A stretch of 24,000 nucleotides of DNA. It comes from Methanocaldococcus fervens AG86. Lineage in GTDB: Archaea; AGJL01; Methanococci; Methanococcales; Methanocaldococcaceae. The stretch lies in the NCBI RefSeq assembly GCF_000023985.1, contig NC_013156.1, positions 274,363-298,362 of the forward strand, read 5' to 3'. The position numbers and the translations under genes are program-made. The notes beneath the pieces were generated by a model. It worked only from the letters and a program-made list of their open reading frames with translations, was not told the origin of the DNA and ran no database searches. Below, piece by piece: positions 7,076-16,725 of the stretch (its first letter is position 1; every line of letters starts with the position of its first letter).

Positions 7076-8522
7076 CTTTCCATTCCGTTCCGGTCTGATT
7101 TTAACTAGAAGATTTGAAAATGTTTCAACTGTAGAGATTCAACCAAACTTTCCATTCCGTTCCGGTCTGATTTTAACAAGAGTGATGAAAAATGGTAGGA
7201 ATATTTTTTGATATACACTTTCCATTCCGTTCCGGTCTGATTTTAACGATTTTAACAGTTAAAAAATTAGTAAATGAAAGGTGAAAATACTTTCCATTCC
7301 GTTCCGGTCTGATTTTAACGTGTGTTTTCAGTTAATGAGGACTTTGCGCCTGCCACTTTCCATTCCGTTCCGGTCTGATTTTAACAACAAGAAAAGACGA
7401 TTTGAGAGAAGAGAGAGAAAGCTTTCCATTCCGTTCCGGTCTGATTTTAACAGTCACACTTGATTTTAAAGACCTTATAGCCTTCATCTTTCCATTCCGT
7501 TCCGGTCTGATTTTAACACCCCTCCTTCAGTCCTCAGCCATACAGGCTTCATCTTTCCATTCCGTTCCGGTCTGATTTTAACGTTATTGGAGGAACTGGG
7601 ATTGATTAAAGACCCTAAAACTTTCCATTCCGTTCCGGTCTGATTTTAACGTTATTGGAGGAACTGGGATTGATTAAAGACCCTAAAACTTTCCATTCCG
7701 TTCCGGTCTGATTTTAACGTAGTATATGCCAATAGTAAAACTAAATATCAAATGTCTTTCCATTCCGTTCCGGTCTGATTTTAACGTATATATCAGTGAA
7801 AAATGGCACTTTGGCAATTAAATCCTTTCCATTCCGTTCCGGTCTGATTTTAACCTTGCTCTTTTACATCCACTGGAAGCTCAGAATACTTTCCATTCCG
7901 TTCCGGTCTGATTTTAACTATGTTTAAAGTGGCGGGCTTGCTAATGGGGCTCGGAGCTTTCCATTCCGTTCCGGTCTGATTTTAACTTCAATATTATATA
8001 ATCTAATAATATTGCTGAGCTGTCTTTCCATTCCGTTCCGGTCTGATTTTAACCAATGCTTGGTAGTGCAAGAGCGGGTGCTTCAACTTTCTTTCCATTC
8101 CGTTCCGGTCTGATTTTAACTTATCAATATTCTGGCTCCCAAACTTATCAAACTCTTTCCATTCCGTTCCGGTCTGATTTTAACTAGAACCAATTGCAGG
8201 AGTAGGGGCAGCAATAGGTATCTTTCCATTCCGTTCCGGTCTGATTTTAACTTACAGGTTGGAATAATGAAGGAAAGATAAGAATTTACCTTTCCATTCC
8301 GTTCCGGTCTGATTTTAACCAATGGTTAAAAATAAGGTGAAATTATGAGGAAAGCCCTTTCCATTCCGTTCCGGTCTGATTTTAACCGATAACCGAAAAG
8401 TTTATATAGTAGAAAGTAAATAATCTTTCCATTCCGTTCCGGTCTGATTTTAACGACAACAAACAACATGAATACTCCTTTGATGACAACCGCTTTCCAT
8501 TCCGTTCCGGTCTGATTTTAAC
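7076..8522 (-). CRISPR. CRISPR array: 22 identical 30-nt repeats and 21 spacers (34-42 nt)
   Basis: The plus-strand repeat is CTTTCCATTCCGTTCCGGTCTGATTTTAAC. All 22 copies are exact when read by eye (first 7076-7105, last 8493-8522). The minus-strand form GTTAAAATCAGACCGGAACGGAATGGAAAG ends in ATGGAAAG, similar to the ATTGAAAG-type 8-nt crRNA 5' handle. The only long AT-rich non-coding flank lies on the right. Both points indicate minus-strand transcription. Spacers 7583-7620 and 7651-7688 are identical. Confidence 0.97.
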
Positions 8523-8916
8523 AGGGCAATAATTCGAGATAAGTATATTTTTAGCACCCATAATATTTATGCTTTTCGTTACCTTATAAGTCGAAGGGCA
8601 CTTAACCCCATTCATTTATATATCTTCTCACCCATATAAATTTTACCTTTTAGAACTAAAAAAAGAGTTTTAAAGACATAAATTTTAAAATCTTACTAAT
8701 ATATCGTGGAAATTTTTAGTTAAAAATAATTAACTAAAATATTTTAAAAATTCCATATAATTTAATTAATCTAAATACTTAAAATAATCAAAATACCCAA
8801 CCCTTCGAAATTTCTTAAAAATCATTAAAACCGAAAAATAAAATATAAAAAACCTTTATTTCGAAAATAAAACTCTTTCAGCGAGATAAGTATAATCTAA
8901 ATATTTAAATACAAAA
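8523..8916 (-). promoter_or_regulatory. CRISPR leader (~394 bp, AT-rich, non-coding)
   Basis: It abuts the repeat at 8493-8522 on the side predicted to be upstream by repeat orientation. No credible ORF is present. Several TATA-like boxes occur on the minus strand (e.g. TTTATATG and ATATATAAAT around 8615-8640). The size resembles the long-repeat segment reported upstream of M. jannaschii short-repeat clusters. Confidence 0.6.
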
Positions 8917-10182
8917 TTATTCTTCAGGAATTTTAGCCCTTTCAAAATGTTCTCTACCTTTAATTAAGCTCATTGTTGCATCTATCCCAACTTTTGCTGT
9001 TAATTTATTTTTCAAATCACTTGAAGGGTCTAAAGAAGAGCCTTTAGCTCCTGGAATTATGATTATATCTCTATCCCCCTGCACCCTTGTAGCTATTGCA
9101 TACTCAACATCATTTATATCAAATATATCTATGTCATCATCAACAACCACAACATGCTTTAAACTTGGATGAGATGCAAAAGCTGCCAATATAGCATTTT
9201 TTCCATCCCCCTCAGTTCTTTTTTGTATTTGCACCACAGCATGAAGCCAACAACAACCTCCTTCAGTTAAAACAACGTTTTTTACTGTAGGGACCGTATT
9301 TCTAACACCTTTTAATATTCTCGGCTCTTGAGGCATACCCATCAATGTTTTATGCTCAATCCCTCCAGGTAGTAAAGCATGGAATATTGGTTTTTCTTTT
9401 CTATAAAGCTTTTCTATTTTAATTATTGGCTGTTTTCTAACAATATCATAGGTTCCAGTTATATCTACAAAAGGCCCCTCATCATCCGTCTCTGGCATAA
9501 TTTTACCTTCAATAATGAACTCCGCTTCTGGAACTAATAAGCCGTTATCTAACTCAAAAACCTCCATTTCTCCCCCCAACAAAACAGAGGCAAATTTAAG
9601 CTCATCAAACGTTATATCAGCGGATGTAGAGCCAGCTAACAAAACAGCCGGATGAACCCCTATAACTATGGCAACATCCAAATAGCCCTTTTCATTTAAG
9701 GCTTTATTATATAAAAAGTGTAAATGCCTCTGCTCAACCATTCTTATAACCAAATGATTATCTTTAACTAAAATTCTATGAATGGATAAGTTGTAGCCAA
9801 AATCTTTATCATTTACAACAACAACTCCACTTGTTATATAAGGTCCGGCATCCTTTTCATAATAAGTTGGAATAGGCCAGTCTTTAATCTTCTCTGGACT
9901 TTCAACAATGTATTTTTCTTTCAATTTATTGTTTATCCTTAATTTTCCTTCCTTTTCTTTCTCCATTGCATTGAGCATAAAAAATATAAAATCCTCTTTT
10001 TTAACATTAAAAATCTTTGAGAGAGTTTCTCTACTGCAAAGATTACCAACAACTTCAAATCCATCTACATCTTTTATATAAACTGGTTTTCCATCATATT
10101 TTTTTAATATCCTTGAAATTCCAAACTTTTTATCGGCTTTCTCTATTATAATGGGGTTGAGCTTATTAATGATTTCTCTCAT
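8917..10182 (-). CDS. UbiD-family (prenylated-FMN dependent) decarboxylase; archaeal members of this size are assigned as anhydromevalonate phosphate decarboxylase
   Basis: 421 aa, with overall resemblance to the UbiD family (M. jannaschii MJ1133 type) across the ORF. The functional assignment is from memory of the archaeal mevalonate pathway literature and cannot be verified here. Confidence 0.75.
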   Translation of the reverse strand: MREIINKLNPIIIEKADKKFGISRILKKYDGKPVYIKDVDGFEVVGNLCSRETLSKIFNVKKEDFIFFMLNAMEKEKEGKLRINNKLKEKYIVESPEKIKDWPIPTYYEKDAGPYITSGVVVVNDKDFGYNLSIHRILVKDNHLVIRMVEQRHLHFLYNKALNEKGYLDVAIVIGVHPAVLLAGSTSADITFDELKFASVLLGGEMEVFELDNGLLVPEAEFIIEGKIMPETDDEGPFVDITGTYDIVRKQPIIKIEKLYRKEKPIFHALLPGGIEHKTLMGMPQEPRILKGVRNTVPTVKNVVLTEGGCCWLHAVVQIQKRTEGDGKNAILAAFASHPSLKHVVVVDDDIDIFDINDVEYAIATRVQGDRDIIIIPGAKGSSLDPSSDLKNKLTAKVGIDATMSLIKGREHFERAKIPEE

Positions 10183-10262
10183 GATACCACCAAAGTTTTA
10201 TATATTTCTTAGCCAATTTTAATATTAATCTTATTCTCTGCCTAAATATTTAAAGTGATAAC

Positions 10263-10610
10263 ATGCACAAAGAACAGTTAATGAAACTTCATCAATTTTT
10301 TGTTTATGTTGTAAAAGAAATTGTAAATGATGATTTTGGAAATAGAAATGATGAATGCAAAAAATTGCTTGAAATTTATGAGATGCTAGATATTCGTCCT
10401 CATCACATTCATCGACTTAAAAGCGAGCAAAAAGCGGCAATATTGTTATTATCTGCATGTGTTGCCAGTTATTTAGCCGATAATATGGATAATGTTCCCA
10501 AAAACTTAGCTAAAAAACTTGAAGAAAACGCTTTTAAACATCTAAACAGTTGTAAGAAAAACATTATTATATTGGAAGACGAAAATAATGGTAAAAATGT
10601 TGAGGAATAA
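10263..10610 (+). CDS. UPF0058-family small archaeal protein (function unknown)
   Basis: [20 protein letters not shown]...[26 protein letters not shown] matches my recollection of the UPF0058 pattern (MxKdELixLHxLL ... V.P.HiH.sK.EHK.Ai). A homologue (MJ1132) occupies the same position in M. jannaschii. Confidence 0.6.
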   Translation: MHKEQLMKLHQFFVYVVKEIVNDDFGNRNDECKKLLEIYEMLDIRPHHIHRLKSEQKAAILLLSACVASYLADNMDNVPKNLAKKLEENAFKHLNSCKKNIIILEDENNGKNVEE

Positions 10611-10629
10611 TTTAAAGGGTGATATTTTT

Positions 10630-11562
10630 ATGTTTAATCCACAAAAATTTATTGAAGAGGCTGTGGAAGAAATAAAACAGCAAATTGGAGACAGAAAGGC
10701 AATAATTGCTTTAAGTGGAGGAGTAGATAGTTCTGTTGCTGCTGTTTTAACTCACAAAGCTATTGGAAACAAATTAACTGCTGTTTTTGTTGATACTGGA
10801 TTGATGAGAAAGGGAGAGAGGGAAGAAGTTGAAAAAACATTTAGAGATAACTTAGGATTAAATTTAATAGTTGTAGATGCAAAAGATAGGTTTTTAGAGG
10901 CGTTAAAAGGAGTTAAAGATCCTGAAGAAAAGAGAAAAATTATAGGTAAATTGTTTATTGATGTTTTTGAAGAGATTGCTGAAGAAATAAAGGCAGAGGT
11001 TTTAGTTCAGGGAACCATAGCTCCAGATTGGATTGAAACACAGGGAAAGATAAAAAGCCACCACAATGTAGCTCTACCTCATGGGATGGTTTTAGAGGTT
11101 GTTGAGCCATTGAGGGAGCTTTATAAAGATGAAGTTAGATTGTTGGCAAAAGAGCTTGGATTACCAGATAGTATTGTACATAGGCAACCATTCCCAGGTC
11201 CAGGTTTAGCTGTTAGGGTTTTAGGAGAAGTTACTGAAGAGAAGCTAAATATTTGTAGAGAGGCCAATGCAATAGTTGAGGAAGAGGTTAAAAAAGCCAA
11301 CTTAGATAAAGAGTTGTGGCAATACTTTGCTGTTGTTTTGGATTGTAAGGCAACAGGGGTTAAAGGGGATGAGAGAGAATACAACTGGATTGTTGCTTTA
11401 AGAATGGTCAAATCATTAGATGCAATGACTGCCCACGTTCCAGAGATTCCATTTGATTTGTTGAAAAGAATTAGTAAGAGGATTACATCAGAGATTCCAA
11501 ATGTTGCAAGAGTTGTTTTTGATATAACAGACAAACCACCAGCAACAATTGAATTTGAGTAA
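10630..11562 (+). CDS. guaA: GMP synthase (glutamine-hydrolysing) subunit B, ATP pyrophosphatase subunit
   Basis: PP-loop [10 protein letters not shown] and C-terminal [14 protein letters not shown] chose ATG 10630 ([16 protein letters not shown]) because the tracked start at 10588 overlaps the upstream gene. Confidence 0.92.
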   Translation: MFNPQKFIEEAVEEIKQQIGDRKAIIALSGGVDSSVAAVLTHKAIGNKLTAVFVDTGLMRKGEREEVEKTFRDNLGLNLIVVDAKDRFLEALKGVKDPEEKRKIIGKLFIDVFEEIAEEIKAEVLVQGTIAPDWIETQGKIKSHHNVALPHGMVLEVVEPLRELYKDEVRLLAKELGLPDSIVHRQPFPGPGLAVRVLGEVTEEKLNICREANAIVEEEVKKANLDKELWQYFAVVLDCKATGVKGDEREYNWIVALRMVKSLDAMTAHVPEIPFDLLKRISKRITSEIPNVARVVFDITDKPPATIEFE

Positions 11563-11668
11563 TTTTTAAACTTTTTTAGTTTTTATCTTACCTGGCTATT
11601 TTTAATTTTTAAAATAAATTAAAAAATAAAATTATTACTTATTAAATTATTTTAATTTGAGTGATACT

Positions 11669-13276
11669 ATGATTTGTTTGGGATTAGAGGGAACTGCAGA
11701 AAAGACTGGAGTTGGTGTTGTCACTTCAGATGGGGAAGTTTTATTTAATAAAACCATAATATACAAGCCTCCAAAACAGGGGATTAATCCAAGAGAAGCA
11801 GCTGACCATCATGCTGAAACATTTCCAAAATTAATAAAAGAAGCTTTTGAAGTTGTTGATAAAAATGAGATCGATTTAATTGCCTTTTCTCAAGGTCCAG
11901 GATTAGGGCCGAGTTTAAGAGTTACAGCAACTGTTGCAAGAACTCTATCCTTAGCTTTAAAAAAGCCAATAATTGGAGTTAACCACTGTATAGCCCATAT
12001 CGAGATTGGTAAATTAACAACTGAAGCTGAAGATCCTTTAACCCTATACGTTAGTGGGGGAAACACACAGGTTATAGCCTATGTGTCAAAAAAGTATAGA
12101 GTTTTTGGAGAAACGTTAGATATAGCTGTTGGGAACTGCTTAGACCAATTTGCGAGATATATATATCTGCCACACCCTGGAGGACCTTATATAGAAGAGT
12201 TAGCTAAGAAAGGAGAGAAGATTATTGATTTACCATATACAGTTAAAGGAATGGATATTGCCTTCTCTGGACTATTAACAGCGGCTATGAGAGCTTATGA
12301 TGCTGGAGAGAGATTGGAAGATATCTGCTATTCTCTACAAGAGTATGCATTTTCAATGCTAACTGAGATTACAGAGAGGGCTTTAGCCCATACAAATAAA
12401 GGAGAGGTTATGCTTGTTGGTGGAGTGGCGGCAAATAATAGACTGAGGGAGATGCTAAAAGAAATGTGTGAGGGGCAAAATGTGGATTTCTACGTCCCTC
12501 CAAAAGAGTTTTGTGGGGATAACGGAGCTATGATTGCATGGCTCGGTTTATTGATGCACAAAAATGGAAAATGGACGAGTTTAGATGAAACAAAAATAAT
12601 TCCAAATTACAGAACTGATATGGTTGAGGTTAATTGGATAAAAGAAATTAAAGGCAAGAAGAGAAAGATTCCAGAGCATTTAATTGGTAAGGGGGCGGAG
12701 GCAGATATTAAAAAAGATAAGTATTTAGATTTTGATGTAATTATCAAGGAGAGAGTTAAAAAAAGTTATAGGGATGAGAGATTAGATGAGAAGATAAGAA
12801 AGAGTAGAACTGCAAGGGAGGCAAGATATCTATCAATGATTAAAGATTTTGGCATCCCGGCTCCATACATTTTTGATGTTGATTTAGATAACAAAAGAAT
12901 TATGATGAGTTATATAAATGGAGAATTAGCCAAGGATGTTATTGAAAATAACTTAGACATTGCATATAAGATTGGAGAAATCGTCGGAAAACTGCATAAA
13001 AATGATGTAATTCATAACGATTTAACTACATCCAATTTCATATTTGATAAAAAGCTATATATCATTGACTTTGGCTTAGGAAAGATTTCAAATCTTGATG
13101 AAGATAAGGCAGTTGATTTAATCGTCTTTAAAAAAGCAGTGTTATCTACTCATCATGAAAAATTTGAAGAGATTTGGGAGAGGTTTTTAGAGGGCTATAA
13201 AAGCGTTTATGATAGGTGGGAAGTTATATTGGATTTAATGAAAGATGTAGAAAAGAGGGCGAGATATGTTGAATAA
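11669..13276 (+). CDS. kae1: Kae1-Bud32 fusion protein (KEOPS t6A threonylcarbamoyltransferase fused to Bud32 kinase/ATPase)
   Basis: [14 protein letters not shown], the metal-binding NHCIAHIE, and GGVAANNRL identify the Kae1 part. HNDLTTSNF and IIDFGLG identify the Bud32 part. The same fusion architecture is known from M. jannaschii MJ1130. Confidence 0.95.
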   Translation: MICLGLEGTAEKTGVGVVTSDGEVLFNKTIIYKPPKQGINPREAADHHAETFPKLIKEAFEVVDKNEIDLIAFSQGPGLGPSLRVTATVARTLSLALKKPIIGVNHCIAHIEIGKLTTEAEDPLTLYVSGGNTQVIAYVSKKYRVFGETLDIAVGNCLDQFARYIYLPHPGGPYIEELAKKGEKIIDLPYTVKGMDIAFSGLLTAAMRAYDAGERLEDICYSLQEYAFSMLTEITERALAHTNKGEVMLVGGVAANNRLREMLKEMCEGQNVDFYVPPKEFCGDNGAMIAWLGLLMHKNGKWTSLDETKIIPNYRTDMVEVNWIKEIKGKKRKIPEHLIGKGAEADIKKDKYLDFDVIIKERVKKSYRDERLDEKIRKSRTAREARYLSMIKDFGIPAPYIFDVDLDNKRIMMSYINGELAKDVIENNLDIAYKIGEIVGKLHKNDVIHNDLTTSNFIFDKKLYIIDFGLGKISNLDEDKAVDLIVFKKAVLSTHHEKFEEIWERFLEGYKSVYDRWEVILDLMKDVEKRARYVE

Positions 13277-13331
13277 GTATTTATATAATAAATAGCTTAA
13301 ATCTTCTAATAAAAACTTTGAGGTGCAATAT

Positions 13332-13619
13332 ATGGTAACAAAGGAAGATGTTTTAAATGCCTTAAAAACCGTTGCAGACCCACACATGGGAATAAGCATT
13401 GTTGATATGGGATTAATTAGAGATGTGGAGGTTGATGATGAGGGCAATGTAAAATTTAAGCTCATTCCTACAAACCCTTACTGTATGAGTGTCATGGCAA
13501 TGGCATTTCAGGCAAAAGAAGCGGTTAAATCATTAGAAGGGGTTAAAAAGGTTGAGGTTATTGTTGAAGGGCATGTAATGGAGAATGACATTAATGAAAT
13601 GTTGAAGGATAAGGAATAA
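13332..13619 (+). CDS. DUF59/MIP18-family protein (SufT/PaaD-like Fe-S assembly associated)
   Basis: VLNALKTVADPHMGISIVDMGLIRDVEVDDEGNVKFKLIPTNPYCM fits the DUF59 pattern (v.DPe.g.~ivdLGli..v.....v.v.~t.T.p.Cp). GAGGTG lies upstream of ATG 13332. Confidence 0.8.
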   Translation: MVTKEDVLNALKTVADPHMGISIVDMGLIRDVEVDDEGNVKFKLIPTNPYCMSVMAMAFQAKEAVKSLEGVKKVEVIVEGHVMENDINEMLKDKE

Positions 13620-13630
13620 AAGTGGTTATT

Positions 13631-14548
13631 ATGAAAAGATTTGAGATTATTCTTTTTTTAATTTTATCAGTTTTAATTTTTATTTTTGGTTATTTTGTAG
13701 GATTATCTCAACCTTTATATTCTGAAAATTTAGTAGTTCAATATTTCAAAAATCCAAAGCCATTTTCAGTTGAAAATGTAAATATACCGGTTACTTACTA
13801 CGGGACTATAAATGGGAAATATATAGGTTATCAGATAACTCCTCACAATGTCAATGATGAGGCAAGAAAATGTTTCTATAAATATTTTGAACTAAAAGAT
13901 AAAAATCCAAAAGAAGCTGAGAAATATTTAAAAAGAGGATTATTTTTAACAGAATATCTAATATCTCAGGCAGATGAAGAAAAAGTTGAGGTAAATGGGA
14001 AGAACATCACTTTTATTGTTTGGAGGTATAATTTTGAATTTCCACTTTATAATCTATCTAAGGGATGGAGAGGGGCGTTATGCCAAGCGGGATGTTTAAA
14101 AACCTTATATTTGGCTTATGAAGTTACCGGAGATAAGAGGTATTTAAATTATGCAAATTTGGCTTTGAATGCATTTAAAGTTCCAGTTGAGAAAGGAGGA
14201 TTATTAAAAATTAGATATTATAAAAATAATAGCTACTATTGGTTTCCAGAGTATGCCTCTGAAAATCCTCCGTATGTGTTAAATGGATTTATTACAGCCA
14301 CTCTATGGATTGGTGAGTTTGGAAACAAAACAGGGAATGTTGATGCTTTATATTTATATAAAGAGGGCTTAAAATCAATAAAAACATTCCTCCCAATGTA
14401 TGATGCCGGAGATTGGAGTTATTACGATGCTTTGGGGCATAGATGCAATAAACATTATGAACACTTGCATAAACTACAAATGTTATGGCTTTATAACAAA
14501 ACAAAAGATGAGATATATCTAAAATATTACAAAAAATGGAAAGAATAG
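13631..14548 (+). CDS. Membrane-anchored protein with a D-glucuronyl C5-epimerase-like C-terminal domain
   Basis: The N-terminal hydrophobic helix FEIILFLILSVLIFIFGYFVGL suggests a membrane anchor. The C-terminal region reads GWRGALCQAGCLKTLYLAYEVTGDKRYLNYA...PPYVLNGFITATLWIGEF...LPMYDAGDWSYYD...HYEHLHKLQMLWLY. It resembles the C5-epimerase C-terminal family pattern (W.Sa.aQG...S.L.rAy..tgd.kYL..A...vLNGfi.aL.GL.d....Lp.yD.g.WS.YD...YH..Hi.qL). Confidence 0.6.
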   Translation: MKRFEIILFLILSVLIFIFGYFVGLSQPLYSENLVVQYFKNPKPFSVENVNIPVTYYGTINGKYIGYQITPHNVNDEARKCFYKYFELKDKNPKEAEKYLKRGLFLTEYLISQADEEKVEVNGKNITFIVWRYNFEFPLYNLSKGWRGALCQAGCLKTLYLAYEVTGDKRYLNYANLALNAFKVPVEKGGLLKIRYYKNNSYYWFPEYASENPPYVLNGFITATLWIGEFGNKTGNVDALYLYKEGLKSIKTFLPMYDAGDWSYYDALGHRCNKHYEHLHKLQMLWLYNKTKDEIYLKYYKKWKE

Positions 14549-15391
14549 CTATAATTTCAACTCTATATCATAAATTTTCTCTATATTTTCCTTATGGGTT
14601 CTATAAACTCCCTCTTCATTTAAAACTTCCTTCTCAATCAACTTCCTTGTAACTCTTGGGACTGTTTTTATCCCTAAAACAACTCCAGGTCTTTTTAAAT
14701 CATCTATATAGTCAGTTTCCATAACAAACCTTAAAGATTTTTTAACAACACCCTCATCAACTCTCGAAGCTAATATTGAAGGGAATATTTTATATTTCTC
14801 CCCTTCCAAAACCATATCTCCGCAGTGATGTTTAACAACCTTCTCTGGATTTAATCCAACCTCTTTAGCCATTTCAGAAAATTCTTTAAACTGCTCTTCC
14901 GTTGAGCTTTCGGCATGTATTTGGATAGCACATCCTAAATCTTTAGCTAATTCCATACAGTATTTTAATATCTCATTTGATGCATTCCAAACGTCTTCAT
15001 CAACTGGATAATGAGGTCTTCCAACCTCTCCAATTCCCACAATAAAATCATTACTTTCAACGAGCTTTTTAGCATAATTTAGAGCATTAATAATTTTTTC
15101 CTTTGCCTCTTCTAAGCTCATAAATTTCATTAGATGAGTTAGCTCAGCAGGATGAACTCCAACCAAACCAAAAGCTTTTACCGGTGTGTTTTTATTTATT
15201 ATCTCAACATCCCTAACTAAGATGTCCATAGATTTCGTTAAATCTCCATCAAATGTTGGTTTATTCAAAATTATCATTACCTTTCCTCCAGCATTGTAAA
15301 AGATTTTAGCAACTTTCTCAGCTCCATAACCGTTTTTATCATCAACATGAATGTGGTTGTCAGTAACAGGCAGATTTTTTAGAACGTCCAT
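14549..15391 (-). CDS. TatD-like / amidohydrolase-superfamily metal-dependent hydrolase
   Basis: The N-terminal VTDNHIHVD (metal-binding HxH), the later IQIHAE, and the TIM-barrel hydrolase size (280 aa) support the call. Confidence 0.65.
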   Translation of the reverse strand: MDVLKNLPVTDNHIHVDDKNGYGAEKVAKIFYNAGGKVMIILNKPTFDGDLTKSMDILVRDVEIINKNTPVKAFGLVGVHPAELTHLMKFMSLEEAKEKIINALNYAKKLVESNDFIVGIGEVGRPHYPVDEDVWNASNEILKYCMELAKDLGCAIQIHAESSTEEQFKEFSEMAKEVGLNPEKVVKHHCGDMVLEGEKYKIFPSILASRVDEGVVKKSLRFVMETDYIDDLKRPGVVLGIKTVPRVTRKLIEKEVLNEEGVYRTHKENIEKIYDIELKL

Positions 15392-15422
15392 ATCTTTTCA
15401 CCTAATAAAAAATTTAAAAGAC

Positions 15423-15485
15423 GTTAATTGCCTCTAAAAGAGGCAACTTAATGGATTCGGTATCCAATAGGGCTTCCCTATGGAT
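15423..15485 (-). terminator. Two stable hairpins followed (minus strand) by T-runs, downstream of hflX
   Basis: Hairpin A spans 15423-15452: core TTGCCTC/GAGGCAA with a 5-nt loop, extended by TTAA/TTAA pairing with a C bulge. Hairpin B spans 15462-15485: ATCCA(A)TAGGG / CCCTATGGAT. On the minus strand they are followed by CTCTTTTAG and GTCTTTTAAATTTTTT, ahead of the GGTGA RBS of the next gene. Confidence 0.3.
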
Positions 15486-15486
15486 T

Positions 15487-16713
15487 TTATGCTGTAGCTT
15501 TATGTAACTTTAAAATTCTATTAACATCCCTTTCTTTTGCTCTAAATGTTATTATATGTTTGTTTTCATCTAAAACGTCCTCAATAATCTCAGTATTTTC
15601 ATATAAGTAGGATATGAGCTTTGGATTATCGGTTTCTATTGTACCAATTGAAAGATTTAAATTATCTAAAATCTTTTCAATCAACAAATCTATATTTATA
15701 TTATATTTTGCAGAAACAAATATTGGATTTACTATATATCTGTTCAATTCCTCTAAAATTCTTTTCTTTTTTTCTTCTGTAATTTTATCCACTTTATTAA
15801 ATACAGTTATTATTGGTGATTTACAATTAATTTTACTTAAAATTTCATGATTTACCTTTAATTTTCTTTTAATCTCTTCTATATCATCAGATGCATCTAC
15901 AACAATTAATATTAAATCGCTATTTGCACTTTCCTCAATTGTTGATAAAAATGCCTCAATCATGAATGGTGGTAAATCATCGATAAACCCAACTGTATCA
16001 GTAACTAATATCTTTCTTTTAACGCCTTTTATAGCCCTTGTTGTTGTGGTTAATGTTGTAAAAACTTGGTTCTTTGATTCTTTCCTCTCCCCAGTTAAGG
16101 CATTTAATAAACTTGTCTTTCCTGCGTTTGTATATCCAATTAACCCAACAGAATCAAATTTTTCCCTACTCTTCCTTGCTGTCCTCCTATGCTCTCTAAC
16201 TTTCTCCAATTTTCTTTTTATTGTTGCTATCTCTCTTTTTACTTTTTGGTAGTATTTTTCAACCTCATAATCTCCATATCCCCCAAATCCTGGCTGTTCT
16301 CCCATCTTTGCTAATCTAACCTTCTCCCTTGCTCTTGGCAGTTCATACTGTAATTCTGCCAATCTAACCTGCAATTGAGCTTCCTTAGTTCTTGCATGCT
16401 TATAAAATATCCTCAAAACAAGCTCAATCTTATCAATAACCTCAATTTTAAATTTTTTAGCTAAGTTGTATTTTTGTGAAGGAGTTAAGGGATTTCCAAT
16501 CACAACAATATCTATATTTTCCTCTTTAATTTTTTCAGCTAATCTTTCAACTAAACCGCTACCAATTTGATATTTTGGGTCTGGTTTTCTAATTTGAACT
16601 ATCGTCTCTATTGGGTCATAGAGAACTTCAGCTAATTCCTTCAATTCTTCTATACTTTTATTATCAAACCTACTATCTTTTCTTAAAATTAGTAAAGCTC
16701 TTTTTTTAATCAT
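15487..16713 (-). CDS. hflX: GTPase HflX
   Basis: G1 GYTNAGKTSLLNALTG, G3 DTVGF and G4 NKVD are present. The N-terminal HflX domain includes the coiled QLQVRLAELQYELPR segment. Confidence 0.9.
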   Translation of the reverse strand: MIKKRALLILRKDSRFDNKSIEELKELAEVLYDPIETIVQIRKPDPKYQIGSGLVERLAEKIKEENIDIVVIGNPLTPSQKYNLAKKFKIEVIDKIELVLRIFYKHARTKEAQLQVRLAELQYELPRAREKVRLAKMGEQPGFGGYGDYEVEKYYQKVKREIATIKRKLEKVREHRRTARKSREKFDSVGLIGYTNAGKTSLLNALTGERKESKNQVFTTLTTTTRAIKGVKRKILVTDTVGFIDDLPPFMIEAFLSTIEESANSDLILIVVDASDDIEEIKRKLKVNHEILSKINCKSPIITVFNKVDKITEEKKKRILEELNRYIVNPIFVSAKYNINIDLLIEKILDNLNLSIGTIETDNPKLISYLYENTEIIEDVLDENKHIITFRAKERDVNRILKLHKATA

Positions 16714-16725
16714 ATCCCTCCATTT

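Noticed and set aside
7248-7256. Spacer 7248-7289 begins with GATTTTAAC, repeating the last 9 nt of the CRISPR repeat
   Set aside because: It is probably a coincidental or slipped acquisition. It is a single occurrence and does not change the array boundaries or period.
7452-7620. Spacers 7452-7487 and 7583-7620 share TTGATT(TT)AAAGACC(Y)TA, which might indicate targeting of related protospacers
   Set aside because: Only about 13 matched nt with a 2-nt indel, at different offsets within the spacers. This is too short to distinguish from chance in AT-rich sequence without a database search.
7281-8615. Tracked ORFs inside the array (7281-7463 +, 8116-8322 -, 8382-8615 -) with repeating peptides such as LSIPFRSDFN / KIRPERNGK
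   Set aside because: The periodic peptides are simply translations of the 30-nt CRISPR repeat. There is no independent coding signal.
10588-10629. Upstream start for GMP synthase subunit B overlapping the UPF0058 gene by 23 nt
   Set aside because: The conserved N-terminus of the family begins at [10 protein letters not shown] (ATG 10630). The upstream 14 codons are not conserved-looking and create the overlap.
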